From positions 15,470 through 79,469 of the forward strand of contig WAMV01000007.1 of NCBI GenBank assembly GCA_015522145.1: a stretch of 64,000 nucleotides of DNA. Direction: 5' to 3'. A program made the translations under genes and the position numbers. Numbering within the stretch: the first letter of the stretch is position 1; each line of letters opens with the position of its first letter. This DNA is from Candidatus Aenigmatarchaeota archaeon. Lineage in GTDB: Archaea > Aenigmatarchaeota > Aenigmatarchaeia > CG10238-14 > WAMV01. Below are positions 19,613 through 28,948 of this stretch, one piece after another. The notes below the pieces were generated by a model. The model did not search any database. It was not told where the DNA came from and saw only the letters and a list, made by a program, of their open reading frames with translations.

Positions 19613-20683
19613 ATGAAAAAATCAGGCATCTGTGATTTGCCTTTACATTACGGAAGAGCTCCGGCTTGGCTCTTCAAAAAAATGAAAATCTTGGCTAGAG
19701 AAATTTCCCAAATAATTATAGCTGAATATGGAACCAAGGAATTTTTGAAAAGAATTTCTAACCTTTATTTCTTTCAGTCTTTTGGTTGTGTGATTGGATT
19801 TGACTGGCATAGCTCCGGTCTAACAACAACGGTTTGTGGAGCTTTGAAAGAAAGCAAGTTAGAGGAGTTAGGAATATTTATTACTGGAGGGAAAGGCAGA
19901 ACAAGTACTAAGACACCTGAGGAAATTGTTAAAATAGGACACAAATTTGGAATAAATGATAAAAAAATAGAAAAAATGGTCTATGCGAGCAAAATTACAG
20001 CAAAAATTGATAATAGCGTACTGCAAGATAATTATACTTTATATCACCATACCTTTATTTTCGATGAAAACGGAAATTGGGCTGTTATTCAGCAGGGAAT
20101 GAATGAAAATTCTGGATTTGCCAGAAGATATCACTGGCTATCCTTTAACCTAAAAAATTTTGTAATGGAACCTCATGAAGCAATATGTGCAGAAAAAACT
20201 GAACCCAAAGTTTTAAATTTGGTGTCTAGAAAGAGCAAAGAAACTCAAAACTGCATAGTTGATTTAATAAATGAAAAGAACCTTGGTAAATGGTTGGCAC
20301 CTAAAAACTCACTAATAAAGTACTTAAGAATGCCTGCTAAGCACGAAATAGACAAATTTGTTTATCAAAAAATTTTAGAGCTTCAAAACTTCTCTCCTAG
20401 TAATTTTGAAGAGCTTATTGGCATAAGGGGGGTTGGAGCCAAAACAATAAGAGCCTTAGCTTTAATAAGCAAACTGGTTTATGGTAGTGAGATTGACTGG
20501 AAAGATCCTGCTAAATATTCTTTTGCCCATGGTGGTAAAGATGGTATACCATATCCTGTCGATATCAAAAATTATGAAAAAACCATAAAGTTTTTGGAAG
20601 ACATTGTTCAAGATTCTAGCATAAACAGAAAGGAAAAGCAAGAGGCTTTGAAAAGACTTTATACTAAAACTAAGTTTATATAA
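19613..20683 (+). CDS. Conserved hypothetical protein with C-terminal helix-hairpin-helix (HhH-GPD-like) motif. Possibly DUF763.
   Basis: LIGIRGVGAKTIRALALIS then GIPYPVD resembles the LPGVGxKTA...PVDTHV HhH-GPD signature. N-terminal 260 aa of unknown fold. Confidence 0.4.
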   Translation: MKKSGICDLPLHYGRAPAWLFKKMKILAREISQIIIAEYGTKEFLKRISNLYFFQSFGCVIGFDWHSSGLTTTVCGALKESKLEELGIFITGGKGRTSTKTPEEIVKIGHKFGINDKKIEKMVYASKITAKIDNSVLQDNYTLYHHTFIFDENGNWAVIQQGMNENSGFARRYHWLSFNLKNFVMEPHEAICAEKTEPKVLNLVSRKSKETQNCIVDLINEKNLGKWLAPKNSLIKYLRMPAKHEIDKFVYQKILELQNFSPSNFEELIGIRGVGAKTIRALALISKLVYGSEIDWKDPAKYSFAHGGKDGIPYPVDIKNYEKTIKFLEDIVQDSSINRKEKQEALKRLYTKTKFI

Positions 20684-20704
20684 GTAACCTGCAAATTTAA
20701 TTCT

Positions 20705-21136
20705 ATGACAAATTTAAGGTTGCAAAAAAGGTTAGCAGCACAAATACTCAAAGTGGGAGTAAGCAAAGTTTGGATAGACCCAACTAAAATTGAAGAAGTA
20801 AAAGAAGCTATTACTAAAAATGATGTCAGAAGGTTGATAGAAAAGGGTTATATCAAGAAATTGCCAGATAAACCAAAAATGCCTAAGAAAAGGAGGAAGA
20901 GAAGGGGTCCGGGGAGCAAAAAAGGAGCAAAACATTCTATTGTTGATAAGAAAAGAAGGTGGATAAACACTGTAAGACCATTACGCAAGCTTGCTAAACA
21001 GCTTAAAGAAGAAGGTAAGATTGATCAAAAAACTTTTAAGCAATTGTATAGATGGATAAAGGGTAATATGTTTAGGAGCAGAAGACACATGCTACTTTTC
21101 TTAAAGCAAAGAAAGCTTATTAAGGAAGAGAAATAG
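20705..21136 (+). CDS. rpl19e: 50S ribosomal protein eL19
   Basis: LRLQKRLAAQILKVG motif. Confidence 0.9.
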   Translation: MTNLRLQKRLAAQILKVGVSKVWIDPTKIEEVKEAITKNDVRRLIEKGYIKKLPDKPKMPKKRRKRRGPGSKKGAKHSIVDKKRRWINTVRPLRKLAKQLKEEGKIDQKTFKQLYRWIKGNMFRSRRHMLLFLKQRKLIKEEK

Positions 21137-21180
21137 TTTTGTTTTTATAATAATTTAGGAAAAAATTTAAGTGTGATAGC

Positions 21181-21708
21181 ATGCCAAAATTGAGCCCTAC
21201 CTATAAAATGCCTTTCAGAAGGAGGAGAGAAGGAAAAACTAACTATAGGAAAAGATTAAAGCTATTGCTGTCTGGCAAGCCTAGGCTTGTTGTTAGAAAA
21301 AGTAATCGTTACCTTATAGCTCAAGTAGTTACATACAATCCGAAAGGTGATGTTACAGTAGCTAGCGTTAACAGCAAATTTTTAAAGAAACTTGGCTGGG
21401 AATATTCTTGCAAAAATACGCCCGCTGCCTACTTAACTGGACTGATGATAGGTAAAAAAGCTTTGGAAAAGGGTGTAAAAGAAGCTATTTTGGATATGGG
21501 TCTTTATCCTTCTACCAGGGGCAATAGAATTTATGCTTTAGTTAAGGGTGCCATAGATGCTGGAATGCAAATTCCTGTTAGCGGGGAAATGTTCCCTAAT
21601 GAAGAAAGAATAAAAGGTTTGCACATAGAAGCTTACTTAGAAAAGGCTAAAGGAATGTCAAAAAAATTTGAAGAGATAAAGAAAATTATATTGGGTGATG
21701 CTCAATGA
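21181..21708 (+). CDS. rpl18: 50S ribosomal protein uL18
   Basis: RRRREGKTNYRKR motif. Confidence 0.9.
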   Translation: MPKLSPTYKMPFRRRREGKTNYRKRLKLLLSGKPRLVVRKSNRYLIAQVVTYNPKGDVTVASVNSKFLKKLGWEYSCKNTPAAYLTGLMIGKKALEKGVKEAILDMGLYPSTRGNRIYALVKGAIDAGMQIPVSGEMFPNEERIKGLHIEAYLEKAKGMSKKFEEIKKIILGDAQ

Positions 21709-22421
21709 CAGAAGAAAACAAGCAAGAACAGGAAGAAAAACCTGAACAAATGAAAATTGAAGAAGAAAATCCTCTAGAGAAATGGGAGCCAAAAACAAAA
21801 TTAGGTAAAATGGTTAAAGAAGGTAAGATTAAAAACTTGGATGAAATTCTTGAAAGAGGCTGGAAGATAAGAGAACCTGAAATTGTTGATTGGCTTGAAC
21901 CTAATATGAAAAGTGAGCTTATCTTAATTGGAGGAAGAACTGGAAAGGGTGGAGGTCAGCAAAGAATACCTATCAGAATAACAGCTGTTGTTAAAAAATC
22001 CGGAAAAAGGTTCAGGATGAGCGCAATGGCCGTTGTGGGTAATGAGAAAGGTATAGTTGGTGTAGGATTTGGTAAAGCTAAAGAAGCAAGATTAGCTGTA
22101 GAAAAAGCTATAAGAAAAGCTAAACTCAACTTGATAAAAGTTAAGATGGGTTGTGGAAGCTGGGAATGTAATTGTGGAGAGCCTCATTCCATACCTTATA
22201 AATCAGAAGGCAAGAGTGGTTCTGTAAGAGCTATAATTATGCCCGCTCCTAAGGGCGTGGGTTTGGTAGTGGATGACGAAACAAAGAAGCTAATGAGATT
22301 AGCTGGCATAAAGGACATATGGTCAAAAACGTTTGGTTCAACAACAACAAGGTTTAACTTGATTAAAGCTTATTTCAATGCTCTAAAGAATTTGCATGCT
22401 TATCAAAGGGGTAAGAAATGA
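21705..22421 (+). CDS. rps5: 30S ribosomal protein uS5
   Basis: Similarity and position. Confidence 0.9.
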   Translation: MTEENKQEQEEKPEQMKIEEENPLEKWEPKTKLGKMVKEGKIKNLDEILERGWKIREPEIVDWLEPNMKSELILIGGRTGKGGGQQRIPIRITAVVKKSGKRFRMSAMAVVGNEKGIVGVGFGKAKEARLAVEKAIRKAKLNLIKVKMGCGSWECNCGEPHSIPYKSEGKSGSVRAIIMPAPKGVGLVVDDETKKLMRLAGIKDIWSKTFGSTTTRFNLIKAYFNALKNLHAYQRGKK

Positions 22422-22873
22422 TAGCAGTCATAAGAATTAGGGGTAGGGTGGGAGTAAGGAGAGACATAGAAGATACTCTAAAGCTTTTAAGATTGAAAAG
22501 AGTTAACCATTGTGTCGTTGTGCCAGAAACACCTTCTTATCTAGGTATGATAAAAAAAGTCAAAGACTATGTTGCTTATGGAAAGATAAATTTTGAAACT
22601 TTTTTGGAATTGCTAAAGTGGCGCGGAAGGCTAGAAGGAGATAAAAGACTTACAGCAGAAGAAGTCAAAAAATTGGGTTTTGATAGCATAGAAGATCTTG
22701 CAAGAAAACTTTACAATGGGGAAATAAAGTTTAAAGATGTACCAAAACTTAAGCCTGTATTCAGATTAAGACCCCCAAAAGGCGGTCATAAATCCATAAA
22801 AGAACACTACCCTAGAGGTTCTTTAGGGAATTGGGGAGAAGATATAAACAAATTGCTTGAAAAAATGATTTAA
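22418..22873 (+). CDS. rpl30: 50S ribosomal protein uL30
   Basis: IAVIRIRG motif. Confidence 0.85.
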   Translation: MIAVIRIRGRVGVRRDIEDTLKLLRLKRVNHCVVVPETPSYLGMIKKVKDYVAYGKINFETFLELLKWRGRLEGDKRLTAEEVKKLGFDSIEDLARKLYNGEIKFKDVPKLKPVFRLRPPKGGHKSIKEHYPRGSLGNWGEDINKLLEKMI

Positions 22874-22882
22874 GGTGAAAAT

Positions 22883-23311
22883 ATGGTTGTTAGGAGAAGA
22901 AAAAAGGTAAGGAAGCAAAGAGGCTCCAGAACTTATGGTTGGGGAAGTCAAAAAAAGCACAGAGGTAAAGGTAGCAAGGGGGGTAAAGGCAAAGCTGGAA
23001 TGCACAAACATAAATGGACTTACACAGTAAAATATGAACCAGAGCATTTTGGAAAAAGAGGTTTTAAAAGGCCTATAAAAAACGTTGTTAAAGCTATAAA
23101 TTTGGGTGAGATAGAAAAATTAGTTTCTAAAAATCCCGATGTTGTGAAAAAGGAAAATGGTTCGCAAATAATAGATTTAACAAAACTTGGTTATGAAAAA
23201 GTTTTGGGGAAAGGTAAAATTAGCAAGCCATACGTTATTATAGCAAAGAAGTTTAGTGAAAAAGCAAAGCAAAAAATAGAGGTTGTTGGCGGTAAGGTAA
23301 TAGAATCATGA
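22883..23311 (+). CDS. rpl15: 50S ribosomal protein uL15
   Basis: Gly/Lys-rich N-terminus. Confidence 0.85.
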   Translation: MVVRRRKKVRKQRGSRTYGWGSQKKHRGKGSKGGKGKAGMHKHKWTYTVKYEPEHFGKRGFKRPIKNVVKAINLGEIEKLVSKNPDVVKKENGSQIIDLTKLGYEKVLGKGKISKPYVIIAKKFSEKAKQKIEVVGGKVIES

Positions 23312-24741
23312 AAGAAAACAATGAAAAATCACTGATAGAGAAAATAATCAAATATTTGCCTACTGTTGAAACTCCAAAATACCAAATTTCCACTAAGGAA
23401 AAAATAAAATGGACTGCATTGGTTTTGGGAATATACTTCTTACTTTCCTACACGACCCTTTTTGGTATAGAGCCAAGGGCTTATGAGCAATTCAGATTTT
23501 TTGAAATTGTGTTAGGTTCCAGATTTGGAACTTTAACTACTTTAGGTATCGCACCAATAGTCACTGCAGGTATAATAATGCAATTGCTTGTTGGATCAAA
23601 AATAATAAATTGGGATTTAACAGAGCCTGAAAATAGAAAAAAATTTCAAGCTTGGAATAAATTCTTAGCAATAGTTTTTGCGTTTTTAGAAGGCTTTGTT
23701 TATGTTATTAGCAATACAGTCCCAGCTAGCTCAGCAGCTCTAGTGCCTATAGTGGCTTTACAACTTGCTGCAGGGGCAATCATAATAATACTTCTAGACG
23801 AAATTGTTAGTAAATACGGTATTGGATCTGGTGTGAGTCTATTCATAGCAGCTGGTGTTGCAAGCCAAATTGTTATCAGAATGTTCTCACCATTTCCTTC
23901 AACTTGTACGGTACCAAGCTTGGAGTTATGCATTCCTACTTTAGCTAATCCACCAACAGGATTGTTCTGGGAAGTTATTATTGGATTGTTAACTTCCAAC
24001 TTAAGTCTTGTTATAACCACATTAATACCAATAATTTCTACAATAGTTGTTTTTGCTGTAGTAGCTTATACACAATCTATAAGGGTTGAAATACCTCTTG
24101 AGTTTGGAGCTGCTCGAGGCTTTGGAAGAGTATGGCCTTTAAATTTGTTCTATACAAGCAACATCCCAGTTATATTGGCAGCAGCCCTAATAGCTAACCT
24201 ACAATTGTTTGGCCGTGTTGGATTGGTAGAAACTGAACCTGGTGTGTTCTGTAACTTGCTTGGTTGCTACGATGCTGCTGGCAATGCAATTAGTGGATTG
24301 GCATATTATCTAACCGTGCCTACTAACTTTTTAATTAACTTATTTTCCGGAATTGTTACTGTTAATGAGATAATTAGAGCAATTTTTTACCTTTTCTTCT
24401 TTACGGCTCTTTGTATCATATTCTCAATATTCTGGGTTAATACTAGTGGTATGGATGCCACTAGCGTAGCTGAGCAAATAGAAGCTATAGGCTTTCATAT
24501 ACCTGGCTTCAGATCCCACAGAAAAGTTATAGAAAATATGTTAAACAAATATATACCTGCATTAACCTTTTTAGGTGGTTTGTTGGTTGGCTTGCTTGCT
24601 GTATTTGCTGACTTTACTGGAGCAATAGGCACGGGCACGGGAATACTTTTAACTGTTATGATACTCTATAATTTTTATGAAGTGCTTAAACAAGAACCTG
24701 AAGATCAGCTGCCCACATGGTTAAAAAAGGTGATGTATTAA
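23308..24741 (+). CDS. secY: Preprotein translocase subunit SecY
   Basis: 10-TM protein with SecY motifs. Confidence 0.9.
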   Translation: MKENNEKSLIEKIIKYLPTVETPKYQISTKEKIKWTALVLGIYFLLSYTTLFGIEPRAYEQFRFFEIVLGSRFGTLTTLGIAPIVTAGIIMQLLVGSKIINWDLTEPENRKKFQAWNKFLAIVFAFLEGFVYVISNTVPASSAALVPIVALQLAAGAIIIILLDEIVSKYGIGSGVSLFIAAGVASQIVIRMFSPFPSTCTVPSLELCIPTLANPPTGLFWEVIIGLLTSNLSLVITTLIPIISTIVVFAVVAYTQSIRVEIPLEFGAARGFGRVWPLNLFYTSNIPVILAAALIANLQLFGRVGLVETEPGVFCNLLGCYDAAGNAISGLAYYLTVPTNFLINLFSGIVTVNEIIRAIFYLFFFTALCIIFSIFWVNTSGMDATSVAEQIEAIGFHIPGFRSHRKVIENMLNKYIPALTFLGGLLVGLLAVFADFTGAIGTGTGILLTVMILYNFYEVLKQEPEDQLPTWLKKVMY

Positions 24742-25229
24742 TGGCTCTACCAATAACAGCAATGGTTGGAAAGGCTATGGACAGCGTACTTTATCCTTTG
24801 GCAAGCTTCAATCCAGTCCTTTCTTTAACTATAAGCTCATTGATTATGACTACGTTGCTTTTATCTTTATATCAGTACTTTTACAGGAAGAACAACTTAA
24901 AGGAGCTAAGGCAAAAATTAGAGTTCCTAAAAGAAGAGTTAATTAAAGTTCAAGTAAACAAGAGAAAAGAAGAAATGGAAAAAACGCTGAATGAGTACAT
25001 ACAGCTAAATAACAAGTTCATTAAATTCACTCTCCAAATAATGGTTATAAGCATAATAGTGGGCTTGCTTTTCTTTTCCTGGATGGAATTTAGATTTGAA
25101 AAAACAGCAAAGGTTATTTTACCTGTAAAACTGCCTATAGTAGGAAACCAATTAAATTGGTTTGGTTGGTATCTAATATTATCATTTACTATAGCTTGGG
25201 TAATCAGGAGGTTACTAGAATGGGAGTAA
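24717..25229 (+). CDS. DUF106-family membrane protein (archaeal YidC/Oxa1/EMC3-like)
   Basis: Three TM segments plus a coiled-coil. Sits downstream of secY as in other archaea, here with no adk between them. Confidence 0.5.
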   Translation: MVKKGDVLMALPITAMVGKAMDSVLYPLASFNPVLSLTISSLIMTTLLLSLYQYFYRKNNLKELRQKLEFLKEELIKVQVNKRKEEMEKTLNEYIQLNNKFIKFTLQIMVISIIVGLLFFSWMEFRFEKTAKVILPVKLPIVGNQLNWFGWYLILSFTIAWVIRRLLEWE

Positions 25230-25456
25230 GAAAAAAAAGAGTAAGAACAGCAACTAAAGTAGTAATAAGAAAAGTCAAGAAAAAACCTAAAATTGCTAAG
25301 TGTGCAGTATGTAAAAAGCCGTTGCATGGAGTACCAAGAGAAATACCTTCCCGTATGAGAAAACTGGCAAAAACTGAGAAAAGGCCAGAGAGACCTTTTG
25401 GTGGTTATTTATGTTCAGAATGCATGAGAGATTATTTTAGGAAGGTGATAGCATGA
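25220..25456 (+). CDS. rpl34e: 50S ribosomal protein eL34
   Basis: MGVRKKRVRTATKV...KCAVCKK motif. The AGGAGG SD precedes the internal ATG at 25220. The track ORF begins earlier, at 25157. Confidence 0.8.
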   Translation: MGVRKKRVRTATKVVIRKVKKKPKIAKCAVCKKPLHGVPREIPSRMRKLAKTEKRPERPFGGYLCSECMRDYFRKVIA

Positions 25457-25749
25457 TAGAAGTAGGCAGGATTTGCTACAAAGTTGCTGGCAGAGAAGCT
25501 GGAAGGTATTGTGTCGTTGTAAAAGTAATTAACAGCAATTTTGTTTTAGTGACTGGTCCAAAAAACGTTACTGGAGTTAGGAGAAGAAAAGTTAATATAA
25601 TGCATATTGAGCCAACAAAACACAAGCTTGATATTAAAGAGAATGCTAGCGATGAAGAAGTAGCAAAAGCTTGGCAAAAATCAAAACTTTTAAGCAAACT
25701 AGGCATAAAAGTTGAAAAGAAAACTAAGAAAAAACAAAAGGAAGTTTAG
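25453..25749 (+). CDS. rpl14e: 50S ribosomal protein eL14
   Basis: KOW motif IEVGRICYKVAGREAGRYCVVV. Confidence 0.8.
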   Translation: MIEVGRICYKVAGREAGRYCVVVKVINSNFVLVTGPKNVTGVRRRKVNIMHIEPTKHKLDIKENASDEEVAKAWQKSKLLSKLGIKVEKKTKKKQKEV

Positions 25750-26743
25750 CTCCGCAGGCTTTGCATTTATTCTTTTCTAAATTGACTATTCTTATGTTGT
25801 AAGCAAACCTCTCTATTAGCAAAGAGTTGCATTCATGACAATAGCTATTTTCTTTAAAACCTGGAACATTACCTATGTAAACATAATTTAAATGTTTTTT
25901 AGCTATGTTGTACAATTTTTCCAAAGTTTCTATAGGTGTTGGTGGTAAGTTTGATAATTTATAATGAGGAAAGAATCTTAGCAAGTGAAATGGGGTGTTT
26001 GGACTTAAATTGTCCGCTATCCATTTAACTAATCTTTCTAACTCTTTAGCATCATCTCCTATTTTTGGTATTACTAAATTCGTTATCTCTATGTGAATTT
26101 TCTTCTTCTTCATCTCAAGCAAAGTATCGAAAATTGGAGAAATTTCTGGCACTAACATGTGTTTAACATGCAATTCTTTATTGCCTGCTCCTTTGAAATC
26201 AACAGTGCACGCATGCAAATATTTAGCTATTTTGCCTAAAGCTTCTACTGTTATATAGCCATTCGTTACGAAAGTATTTTTCAAACCTTTTTTAACTGCT
26301 AACCTTGCTGTATCATACGCAAACTCAAAAAATATGGTTGGTTCTGTGTAAGTATAGCTTATAACTCTACATTCATGTTTTAAAGCCTGATCAACAATCT
26401 CTTTTGGGGTTTCATCTTGACCAACAACAACACCTAATTTCTTATCTCTAAAAATTTGACTTATTTCCCAATTTTGACAAAATGCACAAGCAAAATTACA
26501 ACCTGGACATGCTATAGAATAAGCAAATACACCAGGCAAAAAATGGAATAATGGTTTTTTCTCTATAGGATCTACATGCTCAGCAATAATTTTGCCGTAG
26601 TTCAAAGAGTATAGCTTGCCGTTAATGTTTTTTCTAACTAAACAAAAACCTAAGCCATTATTAGGTATTTTACATTTTCTATAGCAAAGATTACACTCCA
26701 CTAAATTTCCGTTAAGCTTTTTCCATAGCATTGCTTCTTTCAT
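25724..26743 (-). CDS. AmmeMemoRadiSam system radical SAM enzyme
   Basis: CPGCNFACAFCQNWEIS radical SAM motif and family-typical N-terminus. Confidence 0.7.
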   Translation of the reverse strand: MKEAMLWKKLNGNLVECNLCYRKCKIPNNGLGFCLVRKNINGKLYSLNYGKIIAEHVDPIEKKPLFHFLPGVFAYSIACPGCNFACAFCQNWEISQIFRDKKLGVVVGQDETPKEIVDQALKHECRVISYTYTEPTIFFEFAYDTARLAVKKGLKNTFVTNGYITVEALGKIAKYLHACTVDFKGAGNKELHVKHMLVPEISPIFDTLLEMKKKKIHIEITNLVIPKIGDDAKELERLVKWIADNLSPNTPFHLLRFFPHYKLSNLPPTPIETLEKLYNIAKKHLNYVYIGNVPGFKENSYCHECNSLLIERFAYNIRIVNLEKNKCKACGAKLPFVFS

Positions 26744-26773
26744 GATTAAAAAATATTTAACGTAAATTAAATT

Positions 26774-27541
26774 ATGAAAAGAAAACCTTTTGTTGCTGGC
26801 TATTTTTATCCAGAAAATAAGAAAATACTTGAGAAAGTTGTGAAAGAGTTGTTAAAATCTCAGAAAAGAAAAGTTAAAGAAAGAGTTAAGGCTTTAATAG
26901 TACCTCATGCAGCTTACGAATACTCTGGCCAAGTAGCCGCTATGGGTTACAAACAAATAGAGAATCAAAGTTATGAAAAGGTTATAATAATGGCAACAAA
27001 TCACAGCTACACATTTCTAGAAGGAATTTCTATTGGGCTTTATGACTGTTATGAAACTCCTTTGGGTTGTGTTGATGTTCATAAAGATGCAAAAAAATTA
27101 AAGTTTAATTTTGTGGAAGATGTGCATACTACGCATGTTATAGAAGTTCAGCTTCCCTTCTTGCAAGTAATGTTAAAGAATTTTAAGATAGTTCCGTTGA
27201 TTTTTGGTAAGGTTGATTGGAATTATTTAAGAAATGTTGCAAACAAGCTATTAGAAATAATTGACGAGAAAACTCTTTTAATAGCTAGCTCTGACTTATC
27301 CCATTATTACGATTATAGTACTGCTAAAAGATTGGATGAAGAAACAATAAAATCTATAGTAGAAATGAACCTAAACGATTTAGCTACAAAAGAAGCTTGT
27401 TCTCTAGAGGCTTTGATTGTTTTGGTCATGATTGCTAAAAAGCTTAAATGGAAAGCAAAATTTTTGGGATACATGAATAGTGGAGATGTATCAGACAATA
27501 AATACAGTGTTGTTGGTTATGCTAGCATAGTTTTTTATTGA
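26774..27541 (+). CDS. AmmeMemoRadiSam system protein B (Memo1-like)
   Basis: VAGYFYPE N-terminus. Divergent from the radical SAM partner. Confidence 0.7.
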   Translation: MKRKPFVAGYFYPENKKILEKVVKELLKSQKRKVKERVKALIVPHAAYEYSGQVAAMGYKQIENQSYEKVIIMATNHSYTFLEGISIGLYDCYETPLGCVDVHKDAKKLKFNFVEDVHTTHVIEVQLPFLQVMLKNFKIVPLIFGKVDWNYLRNVANKLLEIIDEKTLLIASSDLSHYYDYSTAKRLDEETIKSIVEMNLNDLATKEACSLEALIVLVMIAKKLKWKAKFLGYMNSGDVSDNKYSVVGYASIVFY

Positions 27542-27562
27542 ATTCGTTAAGATATTCTTAAT

Positions 27563-27757
27563 ATGAAAACTTGGGTTGACAAAGAAAAATGTATAGGTTG
27601 TAGCTTATGCTCTGCTTTAGTGCCAGATGTTTTCGAGCTAGAGGAAGATGGAAAGGCAAGAGCCAAAGTTGAAAAAGTTCCAGAAAATTTAGAAAAATTG
27701 GTTGAGCAGGCTAAAGACATGTGCCCAGTTTTTGCAATAATTGTTGAAAAAGATTAA
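27563..27757 (+). CDS. Ferredoxin (single Fe-S cluster)
   Basis: CIGCSLCSAL...CP motif, 64 aa. Confidence 0.65.
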   Translation: MKTWVDKEKCIGCSLCSALVPDVFELEEDGKARAKVEKVPENLEKLVEQAKDMCPVFAIIVEKD

Positions 27758-28908
27758 ACTATATGCCTGTACCATTTTCTCAAAAAGTAAGATAGTAATA
27801 AGGGTGATGTTATCGTTAATATTGTTATCGAGGAAATTATAGAGCTGAATAAAAGAGAATCAATAACATTATTTAAGTATAAAAATTGAGCCACAACTAT
27901 ACCTGTTGAAAACCTAACGGAGAGAGCAATTCCAAGCAAAATGGAATTTTTATAACCTAGCTCTTTTTTACTTCCTAAAATGCTTCCAGCTACTTTAGCA
28001 AAATAGCTGAGAAAAATTATAAGAAAAGTTAGCAATGGGTTTGCTATAACACTTGTTAAATTAACAGAATAGCCGACATCAAAAAAGAAAATGGGAGCTA
28101 GAAGGCCATAACCAACAAACTTTATCCCCTCTTCTATTACTTCGCTAGTTTTCTTACTCAAAAGATTTTTTAAAACTATGCCTGCCACAAAAGCAGAAAG
28201 TATTTCTGCAGAAGCCAAACTACCAAAGCTCATGAACACAAACAAAACAAATAAAGAAAAAAGGAACGCTTCTTCAATTTTCGGCACTTTAACAAGCCTC
28301 CTTTCTATGTTTTTGAATTTGATTAAAATTACGGAAAATGCTAAGATAGCTAATAAGGCTAGAGAAGCGTTGGCTAGAAACTCATAGCTCTGCCCAGCTA
28401 TTAAAATGGAAGCTAAAAGTATTGCGACAATCTCAAACAAATCGTCAAAAACGCCTATACCAATAATAGTGGTACCTAGCTTGCTTTTGAACAGTTTGAA
28501 CTCATCTAATATGGGCACCAAAACAGCTTCTCCAATTGTGGCTATGCTTAATGCTGTGATGAATGCTACAATTAGCGTATATCCAAAGCTTGATATTAGA
28601 AAAGTGCCTGCTAAAATATCTAGCAGGATTATAATGAATGTTGTGGCTATTATTGCTTTTCTTAATTTTTTGAATTTTTTCCAGTCAAACTCAAAACCTA
28701 TTAAAAAAAGTAAAAATATCATACCTAAGTTAGACAAAAATTGAAAATCGGGCGAGCTAGTAACCTGAGTTAAATCTACTGAAGTTATAGAAAAAAACAT
28801 TCCTAAAAACAAAGCCATAAAAAGCCAGGGTATTTTTATTTTTTCAATTTGTTTACCAAGAAAAAAAGTTACAGCATATATTATTGCTAGAAGGGCAAAA
28901 ATTTCCAT
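27754..28908 (-). CDS. Cation:proton antiporter (CPA / Na+/H+ exchanger family)
   Basis: Polytopic, about 12 TM, typical CPA composition. Confidence 0.65.
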   Translation of the reverse strand: MEIFALLAIIYAVTFFLGKQIEKIKIPWLFMALFLGMFFSITSVDLTQVTSSPDFQFLSNLGMIFLLFLIGFEFDWKKFKKLRKAIIATTFIIILLDILAGTFLISSFGYTLIVAFITALSIATIGEAVLVPILDEFKLFKSKLGTTIIGIGVFDDLFEIVAILLASILIAGQSYEFLANASLALLAILAFSVILIKFKNIERRLVKVPKIEEAFLFSLFVLFVFMSFGSLASAEILSAFVAGIVLKNLLSKKTSEVIEEGIKFVGYGLLAPIFFFDVGYSVNLTSVIANPLLTFLIIFLSYFAKVAGSILGSKKELGYKNSILLGIALSVRFSTGIVVAQFLYLNNVIDSLLFSSIISSITILTITSPLLLSYFLRKWYRHIV

Positions 28909-28948
28909 AATAATTTTTTAAGAGTTATGAAAATAAGCTTTTTATTAA

